The notes: generated from the letters alone by a model not told the origin. A stretch of DNA of 62,907 nucleotides, filler included, from Octopus bimaculoides (GCF_001194135.2; 7 parts of 7 records of this genome joined end to end with filler, not necessarily neighbours in it); one strand, 5' to 3'. Positions 47,667 through 59,659 are shown, counted from the first letter of the whole stretch. Made by a program: numbers and translations.

Positions 47667-50033
47667 AGCAGAGCCACCCGGCGTTGCCCGGGAATTAAAT
47701 TGTTGCTTATTGGTACTTGGAAACTTTTACAATAATTAAAATGGGGATTAAATGAAAAAAATTCACACAGCGAATATACCACGTTATTGTTTCACTGTTA
47801 TATACACAGATATACATTGACGCATGTCAGTCGAAAAGTGAAAGTGTAATAGTAATACTTACTTTAACACTCAATGGTTTTACACTTTTGTATATGACAT
47901 GTACATACTATTCATGTAAGTGCTTCTTCATATACTATGTTTTCTGTCTTGCCATGTTTATCACTGAGAATGTAGAGGTTCTTTTCATCTCCAACTCTAG
48001 AACATCCAACATACAGCTGACCATGTGAGAAGCAAGGTTGAAGGAGGTTAAGTCCCACCACCTTTAAAGATTGACCTTGTGCTTTGTTGATAGACATTGC
48101 AAAGCTAAGTTTGACCGGAAACTGCAGTCTCTTGAACTGAAAGGGGAGATCATTTAAAATGAGAGGTATCCTTGGAATGAAGACATTCTCACCCATCATG
48201 TTGCCTGTAATTATTGTTGCTTCCAACACATGGGGCATGGCTGTTTTAACAACCAACCTTGTTCCATTGCAGAGTGTGGGTACATCAAGGTTTCTTAATA
48301 GCATTATGGGAGCACCTATTTTCACGATCAGAATGTGTGGTGGAAATCCTGATGGCTGAAGTGAATTGAGGAACTCCACTGGGTAATGCGTTGCCTGTTG
48401 TTGATCAGGGACAGAGTTAATTGATCTGTATGAACATTCAGGTCCTGGAAGCTGAGTTAACAAATTTAAATTCAGCTTGTCTACAGAATCATTCCTTGGT
48501 GCCAGAATTGTTCTTTCACGTAGCCACTTGTGACTTTTGTAGTTTGTGGCAATGTTTGGAAACACCTTGCTCTTTAGTTCTTCAAGGGAGGCAGTCATAT
48601 TGCCACATGGGAGATGATGTAGATTATCTTCTGGATCTTGAGGAAGTTTTCCATTTCCAATGTCAAGTAACTTGTTGGAGAACTGTGCGGCTAACGGGTC
48701 ACCATGAATGTGAACCCTCATGTTGGTTGTCAGAGTAAGCTGCTTGACATGTTGCCAGATATATGAGGACTTGATGCAAGCTCTCAGCTCATCCGCCCTG
48801 GTTCCTCTGGGAACGACAGGCAGCGTTTGCCTGAAGTCACCAGCCATGAGGAGGGTGACACCACCCATGATCTTCTTATTGTTTCTGAAGTCTTGTAGTG
48901 TTCTATCAAGCGCTTCAAAGGCTGCCTTATGGGACATTGTTGCCTCATCCCAGACAATGAGTTTGGCATATGTAAGGAGTATTGCTAACGCTGTATTCTT
49001 TGTTATGTTGCATAAAGGAGATTCATTTTGGATGAGGTTCAGAGGCAGCTTGAATGTTGAATGGGCTGTTCTTCCACCTGTTAGGAGTGTAGCTGCAATT
49101 CCAGAGGATGCAACAGCCAGAGCAATCTTCTTCTTCTGTCTTACCTTGGCAAGGAGCAGGTTGATCAATAATGTCTTTCCTGTGCCTCCAGGAGCATCTA
49201 AGAAGAAAACCCCACCAGTGTTATTGTCCACAGATGTAAGAACTTGCCAGTATACTTCCTTTTGATCCTGTACCAGAATTGGTTCCTTTTCATTGACAAC
49301 TGCTTGCAAACTTTCCATGTTGTATGATGTTTCCCTGATTAGCTCTTGTGCTAATCTGTGTTGAACATCTCTGACAGGAGGAGCTGGAAGACCATAGATT
49401 TCAAGTTTGTTTCCACCCAGTGATTGAACCTTGTCGTCTATTAATCTTAATGTCTCATTGAAGATGTCATCATTGAATGTGACATCACCGTCACACTGAT
49501 ATTGAATTATTTGAAGAATGTCTTCAGAAAGCAGTATCGAAGGTACCAGAAAAAAAGAAAACCTCAGCAACAGGGAAACACAAAACCGTACTTCTGTTAG
49601 TAAATGATGAAATTACTTACATCAGTAAATGTGAACTTGTTAGCGAATGAAAACGTAAACTTTTATTGAGAACAGTAGCGATTGAAGTTAAAGTGATGTT
49701 GAATCGAAATTTGTCACTCAGTGAACGAAACAGCAACACAAAACCGTACTTCTGTTAGTAAATGATGAAATTACTTACATCAGTAAATATGAGTAAACTT
49801 TTAGTGCGAACAGTAACGATTGAAGTTAAAGTGAAGAAAATAACTATGGCTACCGGAAGTTGACATTGAGGAACCTTTTTAAATAAGTGAATCTTAAATA
49901 TAAAGCAATATTATTTATTTTTAATTAAAAAAATCAAATGAAGAGCCTAAGATTTATCCGAGGTCAAATTATTCACGCATCATAAGTATGGAAGCATTTG
50001 GTGAAGTCGATTTCACGTGAAAATCGATTACAC
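47667..50033 (-). mobile_element. Helitron with canonical 3' terminus; 5' end unresolved (gap at 50034)
   Basis: Minus strand CCCGG-GCAACG-CCGGG hairpin, 8 nt, then CTAG|T within (TA)n; PIF1 helicase ORF upstream. Confidence 0.92.
47912..49570 (-). CDS. Helitron PIF1-family (SF1B) helicase, intact 552-codon ORF, no Rep domain
   Basis: LDAPGGTGKT, ASSGIAATLL..GRTAHSTFKLP, WDEATM, GDFRQTLPV, LTTNMR, LLRNLD..LCNGTRLVV, FAMSINKAQGQSL, HGQLYVGCSRV. Homology starts near LSEDIL; true start unknown. Confidence 0.95.
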   Translation of the reverse strand: MLRFSFFLVPSILLSEDILQIIQYQCDGDVTFNDDIFNETLRLIDDKVQSLGGNKLEIYGLPAPPVRDVQHRLAQELIRETSYNMESLQAVVNEKEPILVQDQKEVYWQVLTSVDNNTGGVFFLDAPGGTGKTLLINLLLAKVRQKKKIALAVASSGIAATLLTGGRTAHSTFKLPLNLIQNESPLCNITKNTALAILLTYAKLIVWDEATMSHKAAFEALDRTLQDFRNNKKIMGGVTLLMAGDFRQTLPVVPRGTRADELRACIKSSYIWQHVKQLTLTTNMRVHIHGDPLAAQFSNKLLDIGNGKLPQDPEDNLHHLPCGNMTASLEELKSKVFPNIATNYKSHKWLRERTILAPRNDSVDKLNLNLLTQLPGPECSYRSINSVPDQQQATHYPVEFLNSLQPSGFPPHILIVKIGAPIMLLRNLDVPTLCNGTRLVVKTAMPHVLEATIITGNMMGENVFIPRIPLILNDLPFQFKRLQFPVKLSFAMSINKAQGQSLKVVGLNLLQPCFSHGQLYVGCSRVGDEKNLYILSDKHGKTENIVYEEALT

Positions 50034-50699
50034 NNNNNNNNNNNNNNNNNNNNNNNNNNNNNNNNNNNNNNNNNNNNNNNNNNNNNNNNNNNNNNNNNNN
50101 NNNNNNNNNNNNNNNNNNNNNNNNNNNNNNNNNNNNNNNNNNNNNNNNNNNNNNNNNNNNNNNNNNNNNNNNNNNNNNNNNNNNNNNNNNNNNNNNNNNN
50201 NNNNNNNNNNNNNNNNNNNNNNNNNNNNNNNNNNNNNNNNNNNNNNNNNNNNNNNNNNNNNNNNNNNNNNNNNNNNNNNNNNNNNNNNNNNNNNNNNNNN
50301 NNNNNNNNNNNNNNNNNNNNNNNNNNNNNNNNNNNNNNNNNNNNNNNNNNNNNNNNNNNNNNNNNNNNNNNNNNNNNNNNNNNNNNNNNNNNNNNNNNNN
50401 NNNNNNNNNNNNNNNNNNNNNNNNNNNNNNNNNNNNNNNNNNNNNNNNNNNNNNNNNNNNNNNNNNNNNNNNNNNNNNNNNNNNNNNNNNNNNNNNNNNN
50501 NNNNNNNNNNNNNNNNNNNNNNNNNNNNCTTGAAGCACATCTGCTTATTCCAGTATTACAACCCAATATGTAATTGTATTGATGTGAAACACATATTATA
50601 GTTGAAAATTCTCGAAACATTGTCAGTAGAGTTATTATATAACAAAACAAGAGCTGGAAAATCTTCCAGTTATTATTTATTCCCATTACATATGTTTCA

Positions 50700-51255
50700 T
50701 TTGCTAATAAGAATTACAAAACAGTACATGTCCCATAAACATAGAAGAAATTCCCTATTAAAAATTAATTAGAAATTAATTTCTGATAGTAAACTTCTAA
50801 CATGTTTATCCGACATACACAGCTTTGTAATTCCTATTGGCAAATGTGTAATAGTGAATAAATGATACCCAAAAATTATACCTGCAATTATTGGGGGAAT
50901 GGGATATGTAACATACTGCCTAAATACCAATCTTGAGAAATTAGGCTTCTCAAAACCAGGCAGGAGAAAGCTGATCCGAAGATTACAAACCATCACCGGA
51001 ACTGTAAAACTCTGTAAAACTTTACAGGAGTTTATCATTTAAGTATATGTGAGCATGTCTAGATATGCAACTATATGCACGAGAATATATACATAAAAAA
51101 CATAAATTTGCACATCTGCATACATAAATACATACATACATATATACCCTGTTGATGTTGTTGAAATTCCAATGAAGAAGCCCTGGATCTAGGTTAGAAA
51201 CCGGCTCTATCGGTGAGAAATCTTGAAATTAAACTGAATAATGACATACATACAT
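50700..51255 (+). mobile_element. RLE-type (R4/NeSL-like) retrotransposon C-terminus and 3' UTR with (CATA)n
   Basis: YPKIIPAIIGGMGYVTYCLNTNLEKLGFSKPGRRKLIRRLQ..TGTVKLCKT resembles the RLE C-terminal IPIIIGALG region. Confidence 0.55.
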
Positions 51256-51879
51256 ACATACATACATACATACATGTCTTGTCAGTGTTTATGTTGGCAT
51301 GTGCATGTGTGAGTTTGTATGTCTCTATTTATAATTTGATACATGTGTATAAAGATTTGGGAGAGAAATATTGTTGTTGTAGTTGTTTAAACCTAGGTCA
51401 GACCTGATCGGGGACACCCATAATCAAAGATGTTACTGCTGAACTATTCCGTCTTTGTAGTTTTATATACAGTGTTATCTAGTACGATGCTGTAACTGCG
51501 TCTCCTCCCATTTTTAAGATGCTAGATTTAAAATAAGATTTGAAGGAGATTTGGTTTCTCTGTGCAATGGAATAGTGATTTCACACAGGCGCTGTTATTG
51601 GCTCATTGTGAAAGCTGCAGTTTTACTATTGTGTGTGTGTGCGTCTGTGTGTGTGTAGCAGTAGGGATTGTTCTCATGCATGTACATCTGCGAATGAATG
51701 AGTATGCACGTATGTATGTATGTTTATGAATGTGCACACGCATGTATGTATGTATGTATGTATGTATATATGTATGTATNNNNNNNNNNNNNNNNNNNNN
51801 NNNNNNNNNNNNNNNNNNNNNNNTTAATTAATTAANNNNNNNNNNNNNNNNNNNNNNNNNNNNNNNNNNNNNNNNNNNN

Positions 51880-52443
51880 CCCCACGACGCTGTTGGTCAA
51901 CCAGTGGTCGGAACAAGGGACGACAGTCAAGCCGTAATAGATGACGGATGCGATGTACGCATTCGCCACCTCCGCACACCTTCCAGGGAAGCTTCCTCTC
52001 GGTCCATTTCCGAGTGAGATTGGCCACCTTGTTCGTCACCTCGTCCCAGTTTTTCTCCACCTGCATTTCCGAACCGAACCAGACCCCGAGCAATTTAACG
52101 GGACCGTCTGTCCAGCGCCCCACGACGTTGTTGGACGGCATGGACTTGCCCCTCCAGGTGCCCAGTTGCAGGCCCACCGATTTTCTGTGTTAATTTTCGC
52201 ACCTGTCATCCCTTGCTACTCGCTTAGAGTCTTGCTAATTAGATCGATGTGCCTGTGGCTCGACACCATCACGTTGACGTCATCGGCATAGGCAGACACG
52301 CTCTTTCCACATCTCAGATCACGCAGTAAACACTTCAACGCCTCCAACTTCCGCAGTAATGGCTCAAGAGTCAATACGTAGAGAAGGGAGGAGAGAGTGC
52401 ATCCTTGGCGGACCGAACGCGAGATGCTGAAAGGCTCTGACAT
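51880..52443 (-). mobile_element. Tx1-like (L1 clade) reverse transcriptase fragment
   Basis: FSISRSVRQGCTLSSLLYVLTLEPLLRKL, SAYADDV, GAKIN, VKLLGVWFG..EKNWDEV. Confidence 0.88.
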
Positions 52444-52600
52444 GCAAAACGGAACTGGATGTGGATACGACTGTTACGGTAAAACTACCAGCTACCTATT
52501 ATATATGGATGACCTAAAATTCTCCGTTACAAATGATAAACAGCTGAAAACATTACTACAGACAATACATGGATCTACCAGAGCAATAAATATGATATGG
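52444..52600 (+). mobile_element. R4-like RT fragment in the opposite orientation
   Basis: GKTTSYLLYMDDLKFSVTNDKQLKTLLQTIHG (LLYMDDLK motif). Confidence 0.8.
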
Positions 52601-52604
52601 AGAA

Positions 52605-53557
52605 GTATCTCCAGGTCAACCCCTAACTATTCCTCCCTGGTAGTTCATGTCGCCTCTATAGGGACAGTGTCTATCCCTCCCACAATTACGCATTACAGAA
52701 GTCACCAAATAAGGGGGGATTTTAGGAACGCGGACACGGGCTCTACGTTTCTTTATGTGGAAGGGGTACATGATGACTTTGCTGGTTTTGCTGGGGGTCA
52801 TTGAACGTTCCACAGCGAGGGCTTCTGATTTAAATAGCACCAAAATGGTATCGTATTGTTTGCCCCTCGCTATGTATTCGATATCATTTCTTATGCACCT
52901 CAGCGCCGCCTTAATGTCTACTTGGTCTATCAAAGCTACTCTTTTTGTGTGTGCTGTGATGCATCTGAAAAGCACCGTTCTGCTCTCCACTGCTTGGAAA
53001 GCCCCTGATGGGATCGTGAGATTTGCCCGATTGTTCTTTTGTTTAATTATTTTCCATGCCTGTGGGAGCATCTGCTTTCTATTTGTGACGTCTATAGTAT
53101 ATCGGTGTTCGGTCTTGGCTGCTGCTGCAAAGCTATTTTTGATATTTTTACTTGTATTGTTTTCGTTGTTATTTCTGTTGTTGTTGTTGTTGTTCTTAAT
53201 GATGTTGCTGTTATTGGTTTTGTTGTTGCTGCTGTTGTCACTTTTGATCGCGTTGCTGTTATTGTTGTTGCTATCGTTACTGTCACAGCTGTTGCTTACA
53301 TTTTCGTGGTTGTTGCTGCTCTCACTACTACTAATGCTGCTGCTGTTGTCATTTCTACCGCTATTAGTGTTTCTGCTACTATTGTTCTTACTGTGCGTTG
53401 TACTTTGTACCATCACAGTCTTGTTCTCCTCCTCCCCTTCCCCTGTATTGTTGCCCATGACAGAAGGAGAGGGATGGATGTCTTCACTTATTACCATATT
53501 GGTAGTAGGGTTTGCTTTGTCTTTCCTCAACTCTTTCAAGATGCGTTCCAATATCAT
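52605..53557 (-). CDS. Tx1/L1-like ORF1 fragment (Asn-rich linker, SFAAAAK motif, RRM-like region)
   Basis: 313-aa ORF with NSFAAAAK, IEYIARGKQYDTILVLFKSEALA and RARVRVPKIPPYL; same strand as the adjacent Tx1-like RT. Confidence 0.6.
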
Positions 53558-53753
53558 TGCATTGATTCTATTAAATTTTAACGTCCACCGGGGCTACACA
53601 GCCATATAAAACCAGTAATAAGTTCCTGGTGCTTCTATTCACAACTTGGAATGAAATAATTATTGCAAAAAGACACCAAACCTGGTGTAAATAAATATTT
53701 TGAAACGAACTTACTTGGAGCGTTCGCAATACGTTCGATGTGTTCAGCAGAAA

Positions 53754-53868
<115 letters not shown>

Positions 53869-55605
53869 TGTCCTGATGCAGTACCAGGCACTACTCCTCA
53901 TGGATTCTAATCTTAACTGATAGGAAGTATACATGTTTGTCTTGGCGTAAAAGATGGGCTATAGCAAATATTCTGCTCAATGCCACAAGTTTGCTTGTCA
54001 GCTGTTTGACCATAACCAGTTGAGCATGACCCTTAGTGGCTGGCGATATGTGCATCTCTGATCACGAGCAGAAATAGTTGGGGAGTATCTTAGCCATGTG
54101 TTGAGAGGAATTCTTTGGGGTTTGAATAATTCACTTCATGGGTGTTTCGTTTTCTTTCCTTAAACAAGCTTTATTCAAGGACCTTTGAGCAGGATGGGCT
54201 ACTCGACCTGAAAAGAAATCTAACTGGGCCCCACCCGCACGCGCTGTTTATATGAGATCACCATGTTGCGCACATGTGGTTGTGATGCATGTGTCTGGTG
54301 TACCCTTGTACCCTTATCAGATGAGTAATCATGATGGGTATACTAGGCTTCGCATATTTATACCCCAGTGTACCTTTCATGGCATGCATTGCTCTCTCAC
54401 TCAATAATAACAACAGCAATAGTAAAAATAATAATAATTGTAGTAGTGGTGGTGGTGGTGGTGGTGGTGGTGGTAGTGGCAGCAGCAGCAGCAGTATTAT
54501 TAGTAGTAGTAGTAGTAGTAGTAGTAATAGTAGTGGTAGTGGTGGTAGTCGCAGCAGCAGCAGCAGCAGTAGCAGTAGCAGCAGCAGTAGCAGCAGCAGT
54601 AGTAGTAGTAGTAGTAGTTGTTGTTGTTGTAGTAGTAGTAGTAGTAACATTTGTAGTATTCGTATTGCATTACTTAGCATTTAATGAAAGAGACAATTTG
54701 ACTGACATTCCGTGGTCATGGATAAAGAAAGAGACGGAATGAAGATTGGGATGTGAAGAGCCGAAGTAGGGATAAGCACCATCAACAACAACAACAACAG
54801 TGTTCATCATTCCAAGAACCGCTACACATAGAACTGACGCCCCCGGAACTACGCATCCCTCCACCTCCATACCGCTACCGCTGCCATCATGGTCACCACC
54901 AACGCCGCTGCCACCNNNNNNNNNNNNNNNNNNNNNNNNNNNNNNNNNNNNNNNNNNNNNNNNNNNNNNNNNNNNNNNNNNNNNNNNNNNNNNNNNNNNN
55001 NNNNNNNNNNNNNNNNNNNNNNNNNNNNNNNNNNNNNNNNNNNNNNNNNNNNNNNNNNNNNNNNNNNNNNNNNNNNNNNNNNNNNNNNNNNNNNNNNNNN
55101 NNNNNNNNNNNNNNNNNNNNNNNNNNNNNNNNNNNNNNNNNNNNNNNNNNNNNNNNNNNNNNNNNNNNNNNNNNNNNNNNNNNNNNNNNNNNNNNNNNNN
55201 NNNNNNNNNNNNNNNNNNNNNNNNNNNNNNNNNNNNNNNNNNNNNNNNNNNNNNNNNNNNNNNNNNNNNNNNNNNNNNNNNNNNNNNNNNNNNNNNNNNN
55301 NNNNNNNNNNNNNNNNNNNNNNNNNNNNNNNNNNNNNNNNNNNNNNNNNNNNNNNNNNNNNNNNNNNNNNNNNNNNNNNNNNNNNNNNNNNNNNNNNNNN
55401 NNNNNNNNNNNNNNNNNNNNNNNNNNNNNNNNNNNNNNNNNNNNNNNNNNNNNNNNNNNNNNNNNNNNNNNNNNNNNNNNNNNNNNNNNNNNNNNNNNNN
55501 NNNNNNNNNNNNNNNNNNNNNNNNNNNNNNNNNNNNNNNNNNNNNNNNNNNNNNNNNNNNNNNNNNNNNNNNNNNNNNNNNNNNNNNNNNNNNNNNNNNN
55601 NNNNN

Positions 55606-55696
<91 letters not shown>

Positions 55697-55966
55697 TTAA
55701 TAATAATAATAATAAAATAAAAATCACCGACAATATCAAAACATACAGGCAAGTGTTATAAGTGGCGAATGTAGTTGAGAAAAATCGATATGTTTTATTG
55801 ATTTAACGTAGAAAAATGTCTTGTATACTAGAATGACGAAAGGTGTTCAAAGGCGGGAGATAGGAGAAGTTGGCATGTAAAAGTGATAAAACAGATATTT
55901 TAGAAAAAACAGTTTGCTCACACTTCAATAACATAGAAAACCTTACAGCTACGACACAATAATAAT

Positions 55967-56060
<94 letters not shown>

Positions 56061-56094
56061 TGACAAACACAAGCACAAACATAAAAACACACAC

Positions 56095-56451
56095 TTCTTA
56101 TCTTTTATATTTATTTGTTTCAATCATTAGATTGAGAATATACTGGAGCACCGGCATCGAAAATTTTTAGCTGACATTTTTAAAGCCTGGTAATTATTCT
56201 ATCGATTTCTTTCGCCGAACCGCTAAATTGCGGGGATTTAAGCACACCGACAACGGTTGTCAAGCAGTGGTGGGGCCTCAAATACTGACACAATCGCGCA
56301 CGTTAACACACACACATGCACACACATATAGATAAATATATACGACGGGCTTTTTCCAGTTTCCGCCGAACAAACCCACTCACAGGGTGCCGCGCAGTGG
56401 GACTGAACCCGGAACAATGTAGTTGGGAAGCAAGTTTCTTATGACACACCC

Positions 56452-56452
<1 letters not shown>
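56095..56452 (-). mobile_element. SINE family A with internal deletion
   Basis: Tail and head modules present. Confidence 0.8.
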
Positions 56453-56520
<68 letters not shown>

Positions 56521-56529
56521 GCTAGCCCC

Positions 56530-56646
56530 TAAACCTTTTTATTTTCTCTCCCTGTTTCTTTCTGTATTCCTTTCTGTCGAAGAGCGAAGGCTCGAAACGT
56601 AAAAGATTTTCTCACTTCCCGAGCGTTAAACTAATACATCTGTTTG
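56530..56646 (+). mobile_element. Penelope-like terminal fragment with minimal hammerhead-like motif
   Basis: CTTT-CTGTCGA-AGAGCGAAGGCTC-GAA-ACGT-A-AAAG; homolog of 3180-3410. Confidence 0.55.
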
Positions 56647-56827
56647 NNNNNNNNNNNNNNNNNNNNNNNNNNNNNNNNNNNNNNNNNNNNTTAATTAATT
56701 AANNNNNNNNNNNNNNNNNNNNNNNNNNNNNNNNNNNNNNNNNNNNAGATGCAGTAGATGACATTGGTAGAAGTGCAGGTGAAGGAGTCGGTGATGAGCT
56801 GCGTGAATAAGAGAAATAAAAGAGACC

Positions 56828-57022
56828 GGCGAAATGCTTAGCGATATTTCGCCTGTGTTTACGTCTGTCCTTGTTTGTCCTCTCTATGTTTATAGCCTCT
56901 TGTGAGCAATAAAGAAATATGAAACGTTAGCACGCCGGGCGAAATGCTTAGTGGTATTTCGTCTGACTTTACGTTCTGAGTTCAAATTCCGCCGAGGTCG
57001 ACTTTGCCTTTCATCTTTTCGG
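56828..57022 (+). mobile_element. SINE family B, partial head-to-tail tandem pair
   Basis: GGCGAAATGCTTAG occurs twice, separated by the family B tail. Confidence 0.85.
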
Positions 57023-57178
57023 GAGCAGTTTGATTGGGAAACGATGTCCCACTCACCATATTCGCCGGACATTGTGCCATCTGATTATCAAGTTAAAATA
57101 TGTCACAAACGTATATCAACTGATTCAAAGTTCGTTTATTATGAATTGCAGCTTGGTGTTAATGCTGTTACAATAGTA

Positions 57179-58210
57179 TTGGTTCATCTCATAAATAATG
57201 CAGTTTTTTTCAGTTGCATGAACTAAAAGTCGGAAGGGAAAAGGATAAACTACCTGCATCAACCTGCTATAAAAGCAGGTAATAATTATACCTTGGATTT
57301 ATTCTTAGTGCAAGTTTTGAAGAGTGCAGTTCGATTTTAACAGTTATTTTTCAAAGCTATAATGGAAGTGACAAAGGAGCATATTCAGCATATTTTGCTT
57401 TATGTGATCAATAAAGGCAACAATGCAATGGAAAGTGCGAGGAATATTAATGCAGAACATGGGGATCGGACAATAAACGTAAGCCAGTGTCAATGGTGGT
57501 TCTAGAAATTCCGAGCCGGAAACATACAGCCTAAAAGACGAGCCTCGTCCTGGAAGATCTGAAAAGCTTAACAAGGACGTCCTGCAAACCCTGGTGGAAT
57601 AAAATCCCATCGTAACTGTTGAGGAACTAGCAGAGAAGCTTGGATTTGGTCATTCAAGCATTCATTGACACCTGCATGTCATCGAAAAACCAGCAAATTG
57701 GGTCAATGGGTTCCTCATAAACTTTCTGAGTCTAATCGCGCGCAAAGAGTGAATGTGTGTTCTTCTTTACCGTCCCGTGTCGCGGATGAACTTTTTTTTT
57801 AACCGAATAGTGACTGGTGACGAGAAATGGGTTCTCTATAAAAATGGAGAAACACTGGCACCCCCAGGCTAAAGGTCTTCATCCAGCGAGGCTGGAGCAG
57901 TTTGATTGGGAAACGATGCCCCACCCACCATATTCGTCGGACATTGCCCCATTTGATTTTCATTTATTCCGCAGTCTTCAAAGTCATTTGGATGGAAAAA
58001 AATATGAATACTGTAGACGAAGTCAAAACAGTGCTGAAGAAGTATTTTTCGTCACGTTGAAAAGGGGGCCTTACTAGTCTACGAGATAGATGGAAGAGCA
58101 TTGTAGAAAATGTAGGAGAATAAATTCTAGATTAAAAAAGAAATTTGTTTATCTTAATTTTGAAAAATAAAAATGATAATGAAAACCGCATTACTTATGA
58201 GATAACCCAA
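57179..58210 (+). mobile_element. Internally deleted mariner with both TIRs and TA TSD
   Basis: TA|TTGGTTCATCTCATAAATAATGCAGTTT ... AAACCGCATTACTTATGAGATAACCCAA|TA; RIVTGDEKW and HPPYSSDIAPFDFHLFRSLQ motifs. Confidence 0.93.
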
Positions 58211-58454
58211 TATATATATATATTTGTGCATTTGTGTGTGTGTATATAGGTATGTGTGTTTATGTGTATTGGATTATGTATGCGTACGAGAATGTGCACA
58301 GTTCATATGGCATTTGGACTTTTGTGACATGGGGTAGACTCGTTTCTGATTCTTTGTTTCCTTCAGTCAATCACGTGGTTTACAGAGTGTTTCTGTGATT
58401 TCCGAAAATTATGGATTTAATTTTCTAAAATTTTGCAATCCTTATAATTCAAAA

Positions 58455-58765
58455 CAACATACGACGGTAAAAAAGTTGAAAGGAACTGTATTAACTTAAA
58501 CGTGGCGCATAAATTAGAGTTAATTGTTAAATTAGAACAAGGCGACGCCTCACTAACACGTGTTTGGGAAATTTACGACGTAAAAGTATCCGTTCCTGTT
58601 TATACGAATCAAAGAAAAATATTTGCTGCAGTGGAAAATAGAAAACACATGAATGTTAGGAAACATAAAAACAAAAACAAATAGAAACCGTGCATAAGTG
58701 GTATGTTCAACGGGGATGTGATGGTGTTAATGTACGAAGTCTCGAGTTGAAATCTATATCTCTAG
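58455..58765 (+). mobile_element. pogo/Tigger-like transposase N-terminal HTH fragment
   Basis: HKLELIVKLEQG.SLTRVWEIYDVK and VHKWYVQR..GVNVRSLELK resemble psq and CENP-B HTH domains. Confidence 0.6.
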
Positions 58766-58889
58766 CTTTTGGAAAACGAGATAAGTTTACCAAAAAGCAA
58801 CATTTATATATATATACTTTGAGTAATGCAGAAGTGAAGTTAAGATATATATATGTATGGTGCTACCGATAAATGCAGACAAAGAGAAA

Positions 58890-59455
58890 AAGATATTGCA
58901 TAACTTTGCATTTGTTGTTTAATTATCCTATAATATTTCGGGAAAGATTTCCCTTTTCAAATAAAAAAAAAACATCAAAGAGTTCGTGGAATGATGTTAT
59001 TACTTTATTTTGCAATGCTTTAATTACAATACCCTTGGGAATTATTTAAAAACACAGTAAGCTATTACTCACGGGCTGACTGTACTAAACAATACTTAAC
59101 GCATTACTTTACATATGTTGTTTAATGATCCCCTAATATTTCAGGAAAGAGTCTCCTTTTCAAATAAAAGAAAGAGAAATATCGAATAGTTTGAAGAAGT
59201 GTGTTGCTACTGGCAGGTCATTCTATTGTTTTGCAATGCCTTAATTGCAATACTCTTGGAAATCATTTAAAAGTACACCCATCTGTTACTTGTGGGTTGA
59301 CTGTACTAAACAGTACTTAACATATTACTTTGCATATGCTGTTTACTGATCCTATAATATTTCGGAGAAAATTCCCCTTTTCAAATAAAAGAAGAATCAT
59401 TCTAGTGAATTGTAATGCTTTAAACAAATTACAATACTCTTGAGGAATCATATAA
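58890..59455. repeat. Tandem array of about 200-220 bp units, about 2.7 copies
   Basis: Anchor AT(A/T)ACTTT.CAT.TG.TGTTTA.T.ATCC..TAATATTTC.G.AAA....CC.TTTTCAAATAAAA at 58900, 59103 and 59324. Confidence 0.9.
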
Positions 59456-59590
59456 AACAGAGTCAGCCGTTAGTGGTAGGCGAGAACGTCTTGGTAACAT
59501 GTACCGTGATTTTGCTAATTGCTTTAAATGTCTGTGTAATCGCATGTAGAAGAGACAACCTCTATTGGTTGCGGAATTTAATTTTTCTAA

Positions 59591-59659
<69 letters not shown>

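Noticed and set aside
48159-49265. Plus-strand ORFs overlapping the helicase
   Set aside because: They are antisense shadows of the helicase ORF.
51165-51212. Hammerhead-like spacing CCAATGA...GAAACCGG
   Set aside because: Core U4/G5 are absent and helix I does not pair.
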